Assembly: GCA_963754875.1 (NCBI GenBank)
Contig: CAVWHO010000016.1
Span: forward strand, 192,001 to 256,000
Direction of reading: 5' to 3'
Source: Nitrospirota bacterium
Lineage (GTDB): Bacteria > Nitrospirota > UBA9217
Length of the DNA stretch: 64,000 bases
Under the pieces are notes generated by a model. The model made no database searches and was not told the DNA's origin. It saw only the letters and a program-made list of their open reading frames with translations. Positions 1 through 11,290 of the stretch are shown here, piece after piece; position 1 is the stretch's first letter, and each line of letters begins with the position of its first letter. The position numbers and the translations under genes are program-made.

Positions 1-27
1 GCGAATGCGAACGCAAAACTCGAGCAA

Positions 28-1020
28 TCAACTCAAAACTCGCCTCAGGTCCTCCCTCACCTCTCCCAAATCTTCGAGCAGTTCCTTCGTTTCCTCATAA
101 TAGATCGGCGCGCCCAGAGAAAAGTGCATCAGCACCCGGTTCAGCTTCTCCGGCAGATAAGGATAAATCTTCTTGAGATTGTTCACACGGTTGTGGAACA
201 CGATGTTCAGGTCGTCTTCGGTCAATCGGTCGAGAAGGTGCGGCGCCTCATGAAGAAGGCGATAGGTCGTGATGTCCCCACGGCCCGTAATGAAGAGCAG
301 GACATTCCCGAGTCCGAAAAGGTCGTAGCCGAAGCGGCTCTCGCCGTGGCGGTAGTTGAAGTCAAAGTCGATCCACCGGTATCTGCCCGTGGAAACATCC
401 TTAATGATGTGGTCGCGCCGGATATCGCCGTGCTTTTCGTTGTTCTCATGCAGGAACCGGATCGCCTCGGAGACCTGGATGAACTCGTCGAGCAGCGCGG
501 GATAATAATTATAAAAAAAATCTTCGTGGTCCTTGCCCATTTCGAGAGCCAGCTGGCCGAGTGTCTTTCCCTTGATATAATCCAGGATACGTAGCTGGTT
601 CCCGGAAGAGTCGAGCACCGTCTTGCCCTGCATGAATTCCTGTCTGCCTCGCACCAATTCAAGGATCCGCGCCTCCTTCTGCGGGCTCCTGACGCACTCG
701 AACACGAGATTCCCGATCTTCGCCTCGAACCGCTCCCTGAAGACCCACTTGAGAATCTTGACCTCGCCATTCAGGAGGTTCCGGGCACGCTTGACCCAGA
801 ACTTCTGCTCATCATCAATGCCGAACCTGCCCTCGCGCTCATTGTTCCGCACAAAGTAGGGCACCCCGCCCAGCACGACCACGTCGTCATAGTCCACGCG
901 GAAGAAATCGGACGTGTCCTTAACTTTCACGCGCTTGGGCACACGCTCGCGCGGCACCCACTTGCGGACCATATGCAAGAGCTCTTTTTCTGAATAACCG
1001 CCCGCTTCAGACGACATCAT
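28..1020 (-). CDS. Protein kinase-like (Ser/Thr kinase fold) protein
   Basis: HGDIRRDH catalytic-loop-like and IDFDF (DFG-like) motifs. ATG at 1020 is preceded by GGGAG. Confidence 0.65.
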   Translation of the reverse strand: MMSSEAGGYSEKELLHMVRKWVPRERVPKRVKVKDTSDFFRVDYDDVVVLGGVPYFVRNNEREGRFGIDDEQKFWVKRARNLLNGEVKILKWVFRERFEAKIGNLVFECVRSPQKEARILELVRGRQEFMQGKTVLDSSGNQLRILDYIKGKTLGQLALEMGKDHEDFFYNYYPALLDEFIQVSEAIRFLHENNEKHGDIRRDHIIKDVSTGRYRWIDFDFNYRHGESRFGYDLFGLGNVLLFITGRGDITTYRLLHEAPHLLDRLTEDDLNIVFHNRVNNLKKIYPYLPEKLNRVLMHFSLGAPIYYEETKELLEDLGEVREDLRRVLS

Positions 1021-1248
1021 ATACTCCCGGTTCCTTGTTACATTATATATCATATCAAACCGCTCCAATTTCGGGATGACAATGACAAAACTGGACAGTG
1101 CGTGCTTTGGCAATCCGAAATTAGCGGTCTGAAACAGGCAATCACAACCTTTTCTCTTGACTTTTCGGGCAAATAACGCTAATTTCCCTATAATAATTCT
1201 TCATGGCCCGGACCGGTACGGCCCATGCACGGAGGGGCTTAGCCACCC

Positions 1249-2007
1249 ATGTCGTATCAGATCAAACTCGAAATTTTCGAAGGTCCCATGGACCTTCTGC
1301 TGCATCTCATCAAGAAGCACGAACTCGACATCTACTCCATTCCCATCGCACTCATTACCCAGCAATACCTCGAATATATCGACATTATGAAGAGTCTTGA
1401 CATGGAAATTGCCGGTGATTTCCTTGTCATGGCGTCGACGCTCACGCACATCAAGTCCAAGATGATGCTGCCGCCGCCGGAAAACCCGGAAATCGATGAT
1501 GACGGGGTCGACCCGCGTGCCGAGCTCATCCGTCGCCTGCTCGAGTACAAAAGCTTCAAGGACGCAGCAGGTTCCCTCGAAAACAAAGAAGAAACCTGGT
1601 CGCAGATGTACACGAGACCGGCTGAAGCCGCGCCCGATGTGCCTGCTGACGACGAGCCGCTGCTCTTCGACTTCCACCTCTTCGACCTGCTCGCTGCGCT
1701 CAAGGATGTGATGGCCCGCGTACCCGACGCCAAGTTCGAGATCACGGCCGAGGCGGTCTCGATCACGGAAAAGATCTCCCAGATCCTCTCACGCCTCGAA
1801 ACCGTGGACAGCCTGCTCTTCTCTGATCTCTTTGAAGGGAGCACGTCCAAGGCCCAGGTCATCGGCACGTTCCTGGCGCTCCTGGAACTGATCAAGACTA
1901 GGGTCATAAAAGCGTTCCAGGTCGAGCAGTTCGGAGCCATCAGGATCATGAAATCCGTGACCGACACACAGGACAAAGACACAGCCACGGGGAACCTTTT
2001 CGGATAA
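1249..2007 (+). CDS. scpA: Segregation and condensation protein A (kleisin)
   Basis: FEGPMDLLLHLI N-terminus; DPRAELIRRLLEY; C-terminal FLALLEL winged helix. Confidence 0.95.
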   Translation: MSYQIKLEIFEGPMDLLLHLIKKHELDIYSIPIALITQQYLEYIDIMKSLDMEIAGDFLVMASTLTHIKSKMMLPPPENPEIDDDGVDPRAELIRRLLEYKSFKDAAGSLENKEETWSQMYTRPAEAAPDVPADDEPLLFDFHLFDLLAALKDVMARVPDAKFEITAEAVSITEKISQILSRLETVDSLLFSDLFEGSTSKAQVIGTFLALLELIKTRVIKAFQVEQFGAIRIMKSVTDTQDKDTATGNLFG

Positions 2008-2068
2008 GTGAGAGCCGTTTGGGAAACGCTTGATCGTTCGAACGCTTAAACGCTCAAACCTTTTTTGT

Positions 2069-2920
2069 ATGACAAAACCTGACATCAAAGCGCTTGCGCT
2101 TGAAAAAAAGTTCGGCGTCATCGAAACCGCTATCTACGAGGACCGCACGCTTATCGGCGACCTTGTAGCGCAGCTTGCGGAAAAAAACGGGGACGTTCGC
2201 TCGGGCGTTCTGAACCTTCTGTCGCGGGTCGGCTTTGACTTTCCGAACGATACGCGGCCCCATCTGCCGACCCTGATCGCGCTTTTGGACGATCCGGACA
2301 TGTTCATCAAGATCGACGCGGCGAATGCCGTGGGCAACCTGGGCTTCAGCTTCAAGGAATCGGCGGCAAAAGCAGCCCCCAAATTAAAGGCGCTCCTGGA
2401 CCATGAGCAAAGCCTCGTCCGCCAGGAGGCCGCCTATGCTTTGGGCAACATCGGCTTCGCGCACACGGACCTGGTCCGGGACGCGGTCCCGCGTCTGATC
2501 CAGATGCTGGAAAAAGGGGACGATGATGAGCGCGAGGCGGCTGCCCATGCTTTGGGCAAACTCGGCATCAACGCACCGGAGCTGATCCGCGGGATCCTGC
2601 CTAAACTCGTCGAAGTGCTCGAATTTTCGAAAGAGGCCACCTGCGGCGGTGTGCTCTTCGCCCTGGGCGCCATCGGTCTCCACTATCCCCGGGAAGTGGC
2701 AAGCCTGGTGCCCCGGTTGATGAAGTATTTGGACAGCGGCCACCCGAACGCGGTCAAGAACGCCGTCGCTGCCCTTGGCAATATAGGCAGCTCGAACCCC
2801 GACATCGTAAAAGATGCGGTCCCGAAGATCCGGCAGATCATGGAATCTACGAACGATATCGACATTAAGATGAACGCCAAAGTCGCCCTCGGAAGGCTAG
2901 GCGATCCGTCGGCGATGTAA
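2069..2920 (+). CDS. HEAT-repeat protein
   Basis: Tandem ~38-aa units such as LxxLLD...vR.eAAyALGniG, roughly six copies. Confidence 0.85.
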   Translation: MTKPDIKALALEKKFGVIETAIYEDRTLIGDLVAQLAEKNGDVRSGVLNLLSRVGFDFPNDTRPHLPTLIALLDDPDMFIKIDAANAVGNLGFSFKESAAKAAPKLKALLDHEQSLVRQEAAYALGNIGFAHTDLVRDAVPRLIQMLEKGDDDEREAAAHALGKLGINAPELIRGILPKLVEVLEFSKEATCGGVLFALGAIGLHYPREVASLVPRLMKYLDSGHPNAVKNAVAALGNIGSSNPDIVKDAVPKIRQIMESTNDIDIKMNAKVALGRLGDPSAM

Positions 2921-3018
2921 GCAACTACAGTTTTGAGTTCGAAGTTCTTAGTTTTTAGTTGGCGAATTTTAATGCCAACAACTCAAGACTCAGCACTTAA
3001 AACTCATATTTTTTTGAG

Positions 3019-3735
3019 GTGCAGGAATTGGAAGATCAAGAACTGAAATCGGCGATCGAAGCGCTTCTTTTCGTTGCAGGCAGCCCCCTGTCCGTAGACA
3101 GACTCAAAGGCGTCTTTGAAGAAGTGACAAAGGAACAGATTGAAGCGCAGCTTTTGGCGATCAAACAGGAGTGCGACGACCGGAACGCGGGGATAACGCT
3201 TGCAGAAGTGGCTGGCGGGTACCAGTTTGCAACAAGACCGGAGAACGCTGCCTGGATCCGGAAGTTCAAGGCCGTAAAAGTCTCAGCCAAATTGTCGAGA
3301 CCGGCCCTCGAAACACTGGCCATCGTGGCATACAAGCAGCCGATCACCCGTACGGAGGTGGAAGCGGTGCGCGGCGTGAACATCGGCGGCATCATGCGAA
3401 ACCTCATGGAACGCCGCCTCGTGAAAATCGTCGGCAAAAAGGACGTTCCGGGCAAACCCCTGCTGTACGGCACCAGCTCGGAGTTTCTTCAGTACTTCGG
3501 ATTAAAGGACCTCTCGTCCCTGCCGACGCTCAAGGAGTTCCAGGAGCTTGAAGCCGGGGAAGAGGTCATGGAAGAAGTCCCTCTTGAAGAAATGGACGGG
3601 TCACCTGCCGGGGAATCGGCCCCGGAAGAATCGGCGTCCGGGGAACCGCCTGAACCGGGAGATGCAGCGGAAGGCACGGCGTCCGAAACAGAACCCGTGA
3701 CTGCGGACGTGACCGGGGAGAATGTGGCGGGATGA
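3019..3735 (+). CDS. scpB: Segregation and condensation protein B (kite)
   Basis: IEALLF, VAGGYQFAT, LETLAIVAYKQPITR and FLQYFGLKDL motifs; acidic tail. Confidence 0.95.
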   Translation: MQELEDQELKSAIEALLFVAGSPLSVDRLKGVFEEVTKEQIEAQLLAIKQECDDRNAGITLAEVAGGYQFATRPENAAWIRKFKAVKVSAKLSRPALETLAIVAYKQPITRTEVEAVRGVNIGGIMRNLMERRLVKIVGKKDVPGKPLLYGTSSEFLQYFGLKDLSSLPTLKEFQELEAGEEVMEEVPLEEMDGSPAGESAPEESASGEPPEPGDAAEGTASETEPVTADVTGENVAG

Positions 3736-4676
3736 TCGAAATCCAGGATGCTCTGCGTAAGAAGGAAATCTGGGCTATCGGCGGCGGTAAAGGCGGGATC
3801 GGAAAAAGCCTGATTACCGGCAATATCGGCATTCACCTAGCGCGCCTGAAAAAGAAGGTCCTGCTTGTGGACGCCGACCTCGGCGGCGCAAACCTTCATA
3901 CGACCCTCGGCATCGGTGTCCCGGAAATAACGCTCTCCGACTTCCTGAACCGGCGTGTGGAAAACATCCAGGACATAATCATCAACACGACCATCCCGAA
4001 CCTCAGCCTCATCAGCGGTGCACAGGACTTCCTTGACGCGGCCAATCCCAATTTCGCCCAGAAGACGCGGCTCCTCCGGCACCTTGAGACGCTCGATGCG
4101 GACTATATTTTGCTGGACCTCGGAGCAGGCACATCGTTCAATATCCTCGATTTTTTCCTCTTCTCTGACCACGGCATTCTCGTGGTGCTGCCCGAGCCAA
4201 CCGCAATCGAGAACGCATACCGGTTCATCAAGAGCGCTTTTTACCGAAGATTCAAAAAAGTCGTGGCGAACCAAAACATCAAGGACCTGATTGATGCTGC
4301 CATGGACCAGAAGAACACGATGGGCATCCGGACTCCCTACGACCTTATCGAACGCGTGAAGATGTTGGAACAGGAAGTCGGCGAGATCCTCGAGCTCGAA
4401 GTGCTCAAGTTCAGGCCTAAGCTGGTCGTGAATCAGGTGCGGACCAAAAACGATATCCAGATCGGGTTCTCGATGAAGAGCGCATGCCAGAAATATTTCG
4501 GCATCAACCTCGATTACCTGGGTTACGTGGAATACGACGACTGCGTCTGGCAGTCGATCCGGAGCAAGCGGCCGTTGGCCATAGAATACCCCTATTCCCG
4601 GCCGTCACGGTGCATTGAGCGCATCGTTCACAACCTCCTTCGGAAAGAGCAGCTCACGGCAAGCATGCTGTATTAA
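3732..4676 (+). CDS. MinD/FlhG-family P-loop ATPase
   Basis: Deviant Walker [35 protein letters not shown]. Start overlaps the scpB stop (ATGA). Confidence 0.85.
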   Translation: MIEIQDALRKKEIWAIGGGKGGIGKSLITGNIGIHLARLKKKVLLVDADLGGANLHTTLGIGVPEITLSDFLNRRVENIQDIIINTTIPNLSLISGAQDFLDAANPNFAQKTRLLRHLETLDADYILLDLGAGTSFNILDFFLFSDHGILVVLPEPTAIENAYRFIKSAFYRRFKKVVANQNIKDLIDAAMDQKNTMGIRTPYDLIERVKMLEQEVGEILELEVLKFRPKLVVNQVRTKNDIQIGFSMKSACQKYFGINLDYLGYVEYDDCVWQSIRSKRPLAIEYPYSRPSRCIERIVHNLLRKEQLTASMLY

Positions 4677-4829
4677 AAAACATTGACCGCGAGGCACCGG
4701 AACACCGGGAAAGCGGAAGACGACCAACGTATCAACTAAACCCCCGGCGGATCCTGAAATACTTCGTACCTTTGTGCATTTGTGATGAAATTTGTTTCGC
4801 CTCTTCCGGTTTTGAGAGAGAATAACACC

Positions 4830-5513
4830 ATGATCAAAAAAATTGAAGACCTGAATTACTACGAACTGCTGGAGGTCAGCCCCACGGCCACTTCGCAGGA
4901 GATCCACAAGGCCTACGAACGGGTCCGGCGGATCTATGAGCCGAACTCCATCGCCCTCTATTCGCTCTTCAGTGCCGACGAGACTGCGGCCATCCACCAA
5001 CGGATCGAAGAAGCTTACCGTACCCTCGTATACGAAGACAATCGAAAACGGTACGATGCGATGTTGAGGCAGCAGAATGACTTGCCGGAACCGCCTCCGC
5101 CTCCCCCGCCGCCAAAGTATCAGCGCCAGCCGATTCAACCGGCACTCTCGCTGCCGTCGGGCAATCATTACCGAAGCAGCATGGACCCGCCTCAGGCGCC
5201 GGCGGAAGAGACACCGGCCCCCCTGGAAAGAGTCGCCCCCCTGTCCCAGTTTATTGCCGAGTTTTCCGGCGCCGCGATCAAGATGCTGCGGGAACAGCGC
5301 GGGCTGAGCTTGCGGAATGTTGCGGATGCGACAAAGGTGAGTGTCCGGTATCTTGAAATGATCGAGGAAGAAAACTTCACAAAACTTCCGGTCCGCGCCT
5401 ATACGCGGGGTTTCCTCACGCTTTATGCCAAGGCCCTTGGCTGGGACACGGAGCGGGTTACCGCCGACTACTTGAAACGCTACGATGCCGCACGGGCGCC
5501 AAAGACGAAATAA
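4830..5513 (+). CDS. J-domain-like protein with Pro-rich linker and RodZ-type HTH
   Basis: NYYELLEVSPTAT...EAYRTL...RKRYD (no HPD motif); C-terminal LREQRGLSL...RGFLTLYAKALG. Confidence 0.75.
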   Translation: MIKKIEDLNYYELLEVSPTATSQEIHKAYERVRRIYEPNSIALYSLFSADETAAIHQRIEEAYRTLVYEDNRKRYDAMLRQQNDLPEPPPPPPPPKYQRQPIQPALSLPSGNHYRSSMDPPQAPAEETPAPLERVAPLSQFIAEFSGAAIKMLREQRGLSLRNVADATKVSVRYLEMIEEENFTKLPVRAYTRGFLTLYAKALGWDTERVTADYLKRYDAARAPKTK

Positions 5514-5613
5514 CAGAAGAAGATGGATGATTCATGATGCATGATACCTGATGGACAATCGATTTTCGGTTTGTCCTTTATCATGCATCCTGCATCCTCT
5601 TACCTTCCTCGGC

Positions 5614-8600
5614 CTACTGCCTTTTCAGTTCCCGTTCCTTCCAGATCACGTAAATCGCAGGATAAATGATCAGCTCCAATATCGTCGATGTCACCACGCC
5701 TCCGATCATAGGGGCCGCGATCCGCTTCATCACGTCCGCGCCGGTGCCGCTCGGAGAACATAATCGGCACCAGCCCCGCGAGAATCACCGACACCGTCAT
5801 GATCTTGGGCCTGATGCGTTTCACCGCGCCTTCCATCACCGAGTCCTCGATGTCCTGCAAAGAATTGATCCTTCCTTCCTGGTGCCACCGGTTAAATGAC
5901 AAGTCGAGGTAGAGCAGCATCACGATGCCCGTTTCCGCGTCGAGGCCCGCCAAGGCGATCACGCCGACCCAGACCGCGGTGCTCATGTGGTAGCCCAGGA
6001 AATAGAGGAACCAGACCGTGCCCACAAGCGAAAAGGGAACTGCCAGCAGCACGATCGTGGTCTTGGTGAGCGATTCTGTGTTGAGATAGATCAGAACGAT
6101 GATGATCAGGAGCGTGAGCGGAATCACGTAGAAGAGCTTGGCTTTGACGTTCTCCATGTATTCGTATTGCCCGCTCCACTGGATCGTGTATCCCGCAGGG
6201 ATCTCCACCTTCTCGGCAATCGCCTTGCCGGCCTTCGCCACGTAGCCGCCATAATCGCTTCCTTCAATGCCGAGCGTCACCGCGGCAGTCAGACTCCCCC
6301 CCTCGCTCTGGACCATGCCGGGGCCGCGCGTCACTTTGATGTCCGCAAGCTGGCCCAACGGGACCTGGGCGCCATCCATCGTCGGGACAAGCACCCGCTT
6401 GAGCTTCTCGATATCGTTCCGCAGTTCCCGGCCGTAGCGGATGTTCACGGGATACCGCTCCCGGCCCTCGACCGTCGTGGTCAGGTTCATGCCGCCGATG
6501 GCGGACTCGATTACTTCCTGCACGTCCTCGATGGTGAGGCCGTATCTGCTGATTTCGTCGCGGTTGATGTCGAAATCGAGAAAGTAGCCCGTATTGGCCC
6601 GTTCGGCGTAAACACTGCGCGTACCGGGGACGGTGCGAAGAGCCTGTTCCAGATCGAGGCCGATACGCTCGATCCCGTCAAGATGGGGGCCGAATATCTT
6701 GATGCCCAGGGGCGTCCGGATGCCCGTCGCGAGCATATCGATCCTGCCGATGATCGGCATGGTCCAGGTGTTCGCCACGCCGGGCATGGTGAGGGCATTG
6801 TCGATGTCATCGCGAAGGTCTTCCCATTTTTTGTACTGCGGCCGCCACTGGCTCATGGGCTTTAAGGTCACATTGGTCTCGACCATCTCGAGCGGCGCAG
6901 GATCGGTCGGTGTCTCGGCCCTGCCTGCCTTGCCGAAGACTCGCTCCACCTCGGGAAACTCTTTGATGATCCGGTCCTCGGCCTGGAGCACCTCGCTCAT
7001 GGTCGTGATGGAGGCGCCGGGCACTGATGACGGCATGAACAGGAGCGTGCCCTCGTAGAGCGGCGGCATGAACTCCGAACCCAATTTGGTAAAGGGGAAA
7101 ACCGTGACCAGAACGATGACGATCGCAGCGATGATGACGAACTTCCGAAAGCGGAGTGCGAAGTCTGCAACGGGGTGATATATTTTCGTGAGAACATGAC
7201 TGATGGGGTTGTTGTCCTCATGCCTGATCTTTCCTTTGATAAAGAGCGTCATCAGCACGGGTGTAAGCGTGATGGCGAGGAAACTCGCAAAGAGCATGGA
7301 AAACGTTTTTGTATACGCGAGGGGTTTGAACATTCTGCCGGCCTGTTCCTCCAGCGTAAAGACAGGGAGAAACCCCACGGTGATAACGAGGAGCGAGAAG
7401 AAGAGCGACGGTCCGACCTCTTTTGCAGCGTCGATAATCACGTCCACGCGCGATCCGTGGACCATTCCGCCCTTTTCCCACTCTTCGAGCTTTTTGTGCG
7501 CGTTCTCGACCATGATGATCGACGCATCCACCATGGCGCCGATGGCGATGGCGATGCCGGAGAGGCTCATGATGTTCGAGCTGATCTTGAGGTAGTACAT
7601 GCAGACGAAGGAGATCAGGATCGCCACGGGCAGGGTCAGGATCACGACGAGAGCACTCGGAAGATGGAAGAGGAAGATGATGCAAACTACGCTCACGGCA
7701 ATGCCGAGTTTTATCACTTCTTCGCGGAGCGTGTCCACGGAGCGGTGGATGAGCTCGGACCGGTCATAGGTTGTCACGATCTTGACCCCCTCGGGCAGAG
7801 ACGGCTGCAGCTCTTTAATCTTTGCTTTCACCCGCTCGATCACGTCGAGGACGTTTTCGCCGAAGCGGACCACGACAATGCCGCCTACGGTCTCGCCTTT
7901 TCCGTCCAGGTCCGACGTGCCGCGCCGGATCTCCGGGCCGAGCTGGACCTGGCTGATGTCCCGGAGCAGGATGGGCGTACCTTTCTCGTTTGTGCCCACG
8001 GCGATCTTCTCGATGTCCGACTTGTCGTGGATGTAGCCGCGGCCGCGGACCATGTATTCCCTGCCGGACCATTCCACGACCCTGCCTTCCACGTCGCGGT
8101 TGCTGCGCCTGACAGCGTCCATGACCTTTGCAAGTGAAAGCTTGTACGCCGCGAGCCGGTTCGGGTCCACAATGATCTGGTACTGTTTCACGAACCCGCC
8201 CACGCTCGCCACCTCGGAAACGCCGGGCACTGATTCAATGGCATACTTGAGGGTCCAGTCCTGGAGCGATCGGAGCTGGGAAAGATCGTGTTTTCCGCTC
8301 TCGTCCTCCAATGCGTACTGGAACCCCCAGCCCACACCGGTCGCGTCAGGGCCGAGCTGCGGGGTCACGCCCGCGGGAAGTTTTCCCTGGACGCCCTGGA
8401 GATATTCGAGCACCCGGCTCCGCGCCCAGTAGATGTCGGTGCCGTCTTTGAAAATGACATAGACGAAGGACGTGCCGAGAAAGGATTTGCCGCGCACCAC
8501 GCGCACCTCGGGCGCAGCGAGCAGCGTCGAGACAATGGGATAGGTGATCTGGTCCTCGACCAGGTCCGGGCTCCTGCCCGTCCATTCAGTGTATACGATC

Positions 8601-8740
8601 ACCTGGGCGTCCGAAAGGTCCGGGATGGCGTCGAGCGGCGTGTGATACACCGCCCAGATCCCCCAGAGGGTAAGGAACCCCACCAGCAGAAAAACGAGGA
8701 ATTTATTTCGTGCCGAAATTTCTATGATTTTGGCTAACAT
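5614..8740 (-). CDS. cusA: CusA/CzcA heavy-metal RND efflux permease (frameshift near 5752)
   Basis: DAIPDLSDAQVIVYTEW, GPDATGVGW, AIAIGAMVDASI. The conserved C-terminus GTGADVMKRIAAPMIGG...TAG (5614) continues in a shifted frame. Confidence 0.9.
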
Positions 8741-8835
8741 GATATGAAACCTCAGTTCCGGGTTCAGAGTTCAGCATGTAAAGTGCCACCGTCTGTTTCT
8801 TCTTCTTTTTTCTCTGAACTCTGAACTATGAACGA

Positions 8836-10050
8836 TTAGTATCCCCCCGACCTCAGCTGGCTCTCGGAATCTATCAGGAAGTTGCCGGACGTAACGACGC
8901 GCTCGCCTTTTTTAATGCCTTTCAGTACTTCTACGTAATCCTCTCCTCGCAGGCCGAGGGTCACCCGCCGCATCTCGTACACTCCCGGTTTTTTCTCGAC
9001 ATAGACGATCTGGCGCGTGCCCGAATCAATCACTGCCTCGCGGGGGATCACCAGCCTTGAGCCTGAAGAGACCATGATCTCGACATTCGCAAACATCTCG
9101 GGCTTCAGGAGGAGTCCGGGATTCTTCATGGACAACCGCACTTTGACCGTCCGGCTCACCGGGTCCAGGGACGGATTGATATAATTTACGATTGCACGAT
9201 GACTCTGGCCGGAATAGTACGGCAAGGTCACCACTGCAGTCTGGCCGACCCTGACTAAGGGGACTTCATATTCGTAAATATCGGCCATGATCCAGATCGA
9301 CGAAAGGTCGGCTATTTTATAAAGGTTCATGCCCGGCGTAATATAGCCTCCTTCGAGCACCATTTTCTCGAGCACGATGCCGCTCTGCGGCGACTCGATG
9401 ATCATCTCGGTCTGAGGTTTTCCGGTCTTTTCAAGCTCCGCTATCTGCGAGTCGGTGATGTCCCAGAGCTGAAGCCGCCGCTTCGCCGATTGCAGCAGTT
9501 CGCTGCGTGAGGCCTCAATCTCGGCCATGTGGCCGGTCCCGGTCAGAGATGACCTCACCGACCGCAGCGCAATGAGATATTCCTCCTGGGCCGTGACGAG
9601 ATCAGGACTGTAGATCGACAATAGAGGCTGGCCTTTCTCCACCTGTTTTCCGGTATAATCGACGTAGAGCTTTTTCACCCATCCCGCGATCTTTGTGTTC
9701 ACGAAGGCGAGACGCGTTTCGTCGGGCTCTATCTTGCCCACGGTGCGGATCTGCTTATCCAGCGAGCGAAGGTCCGCCACGGCCGTGCGCACACCGATGA
9801 GCTGCACCTTATCCGGGCTGATCGTAATGACCGGAGGAGCGGCCTGTTTCATGCTTGCGGCACTCTGCTCCTTGCTACCCGACACCTGTCCAGAGTGGCC
9901 AGCGTGCTCCTGGGCCGATACGACAAGGCTGACAAAAACTAAAACGCACGCGGCACAATGCGCAAAGAAAATGGATTTTCTTTTTTCCCGTCCGCAGCCT
10001 TCACGGAGCCTGTACCGCTTGCGGAACATTCCATAATTATTACATTTCAT
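8836..10050 (-). CDS. cusB: CusB-like RND periplasmic adaptor
   Basis: YSPDLVTAQEEY, LKPEMFA, GNFLIDSESQL. Lies between the TolC-family gene and cusA. Start is uncertain. Confidence 0.85.
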   Translation of the reverse strand: MKCNNYGMFRKRYRLREGCGREKRKSIFFAHCAACVLVFVSLVVSAQEHAGHSGQVSGSKEQSAASMKQAAPPVITISPDKVQLIGVRTAVADLRSLDKQIRTVGKIEPDETRLAFVNTKIAGWVKKLYVDYTGKQVEKGQPLLSIYSPDLVTAQEEYLIALRSVRSSLTGTGHMAEIEASRSELLQSAKRRLQLWDITDSQIAELEKTGKPQTEMIIESPQSGIVLEKMVLEGGYITPGMNLYKIADLSSIWIMADIYEYEVPLVRVGQTAVVTLPYYSGQSHRAIVNYINPSLDPVSRTVKVRLSMKNPGLLLKPEMFANVEIMVSSGSRLVIPREAVIDSGTRQIVYVEKKPGVYEMRRVTLGLRGEDYVEVLKGIKKGERVVTSGNFLIDSESQLRSGGY

Positions 10051-11290
10051 GATCTTCTCCCGTTATCTCGCCAAGCATGGACATGGTCTTGTTCAGGTTC
10101 ACCAGCTCTTCCTGCTCCATGAGCTGGTACTTCAGGAGCATGTTCTCGCTTTCCAGCAGCGTCATAAAATCGGTTTTCCCTACCTGGTAATTCGTCGTAG
10201 CGGACTGGAGCGACAGCTTCGCCTGCGGAATGATCCCCGCTTCATAGAGATCGATGTGGTGCTCCGCAGTCTTCACCATGGAATAGAGGTCGCGCACCCG
10301 GGCCAGCGTCGCAAGCCGCTCTGCGTCGTACTCATAGCGCGCAGCGCTGAGGTCCGCAGACGCGGACTTCACGCCCGTTGATTTATTCCAAAAGTAGAGC
10401 GGAATTTTGAACATCACACTCGCCTGCCATACGTCCGTTTTTTCGCCCCGCGTGAACCATCCGCCGGATACCACCATGTCCGGCAGGTATTCCCTGCGGC
10501 TCAGGGAAAGCTCTTCCCTGCTTTGTTCCACCGTCCGCTGTTTTCCCTTCAGCATCGGGGAATGCTCGATCGCCATGGCGGCCATTTCATCTACGGTAAC
10601 AGCGGGCGTCGCCCTCGGAAGCTCATCAGGCCTGCCAAGGGGCGCAAGGGGATTGCGGCCAACAAGGCTGTTGATGGCCGACGCTTGTGCTTCTTTTTTC
10701 TGTTCCTCTTCGGCAAGCCGGTCCAGGATCATGGAGACCTCAAGCTGGGCTCGAATTACATCCTGTTGGGTCCCTTGGCCTGTTGCGTACCGTGTTTCGG
10801 CGATGCGCTGAAAATTCTTCAAGAGTTCCTTGGTCTGGTCCAGAATCTCGGCGGATTTGAACGCGAGGAAATATTCATAGTACGCGGACCTGAGGCTATT
10901 CAATACTTTAAGCTTTGTTTCGCGGGCAGCCTCATCCATCCTTTCCGCTTCTTTGCCAGCTGCACGGCCTTTTGCCCCGAGCTTGCCCGGAAACGGGATC
11001 TCCTGAGTGAAGACCACGCCTTGCATGCTCATATCTTCCGTTCCTACACTCCACGTGCCTGGAGACCCGACATTCTGCACCATATAGCCAATCATGGGAT
11101 CAGGCATCGCCGCGGCAACGATCTTCCTGTCATCTGATGCCTCGGCTTTCTTCGCCGCCATGAGGATTTCGGGATTGTTCTGAAGCGCCTCCTGCTCAAG
11201 ATCTTTCAGCAAAATGAGGGAATCATCGGCGAGGGAAACTGTGGGAACGAGGAGAACCGCAATTACCAAAACGACCATAGGGATCCGCAT
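10040..11290 (-). CDS. TolC-family outer membrane efflux protein
   Basis: Signal peptide, QEIPFPGKL, YATGQGTQQDVIRAQ, NYQVGKTDF. Confidence 0.88.
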   Translation of the reverse strand: MRIPMVVLVIAVLLVPTVSLADDSLILLKDLEQEALQNNPEILMAAKKAEASDDRKIVAAAMPDPMIGYMVQNVGSPGTWSVGTEDMSMQGVVFTQEIPFPGKLGAKGRAAGKEAERMDEAARETKLKVLNSLRSAYYEYFLAFKSAEILDQTKELLKNFQRIAETRYATGQGTQQDVIRAQLEVSMILDRLAEEEQKKEAQASAINSLVGRNPLAPLGRPDELPRATPAVTVDEMAAMAIEHSPMLKGKQRTVEQSREELSLSRREYLPDMVVSGGWFTRGEKTDVWQASVMFKIPLYFWNKSTGVKSASADLSAARYEYDAERLATLARVRDLYSMVKTAEHHIDLYEAGIIPQAKLSLQSATTNYQVGKTDFMTLLESENMLLKYQLMEQEELVNLNKTMSMLGEITGEDHEM

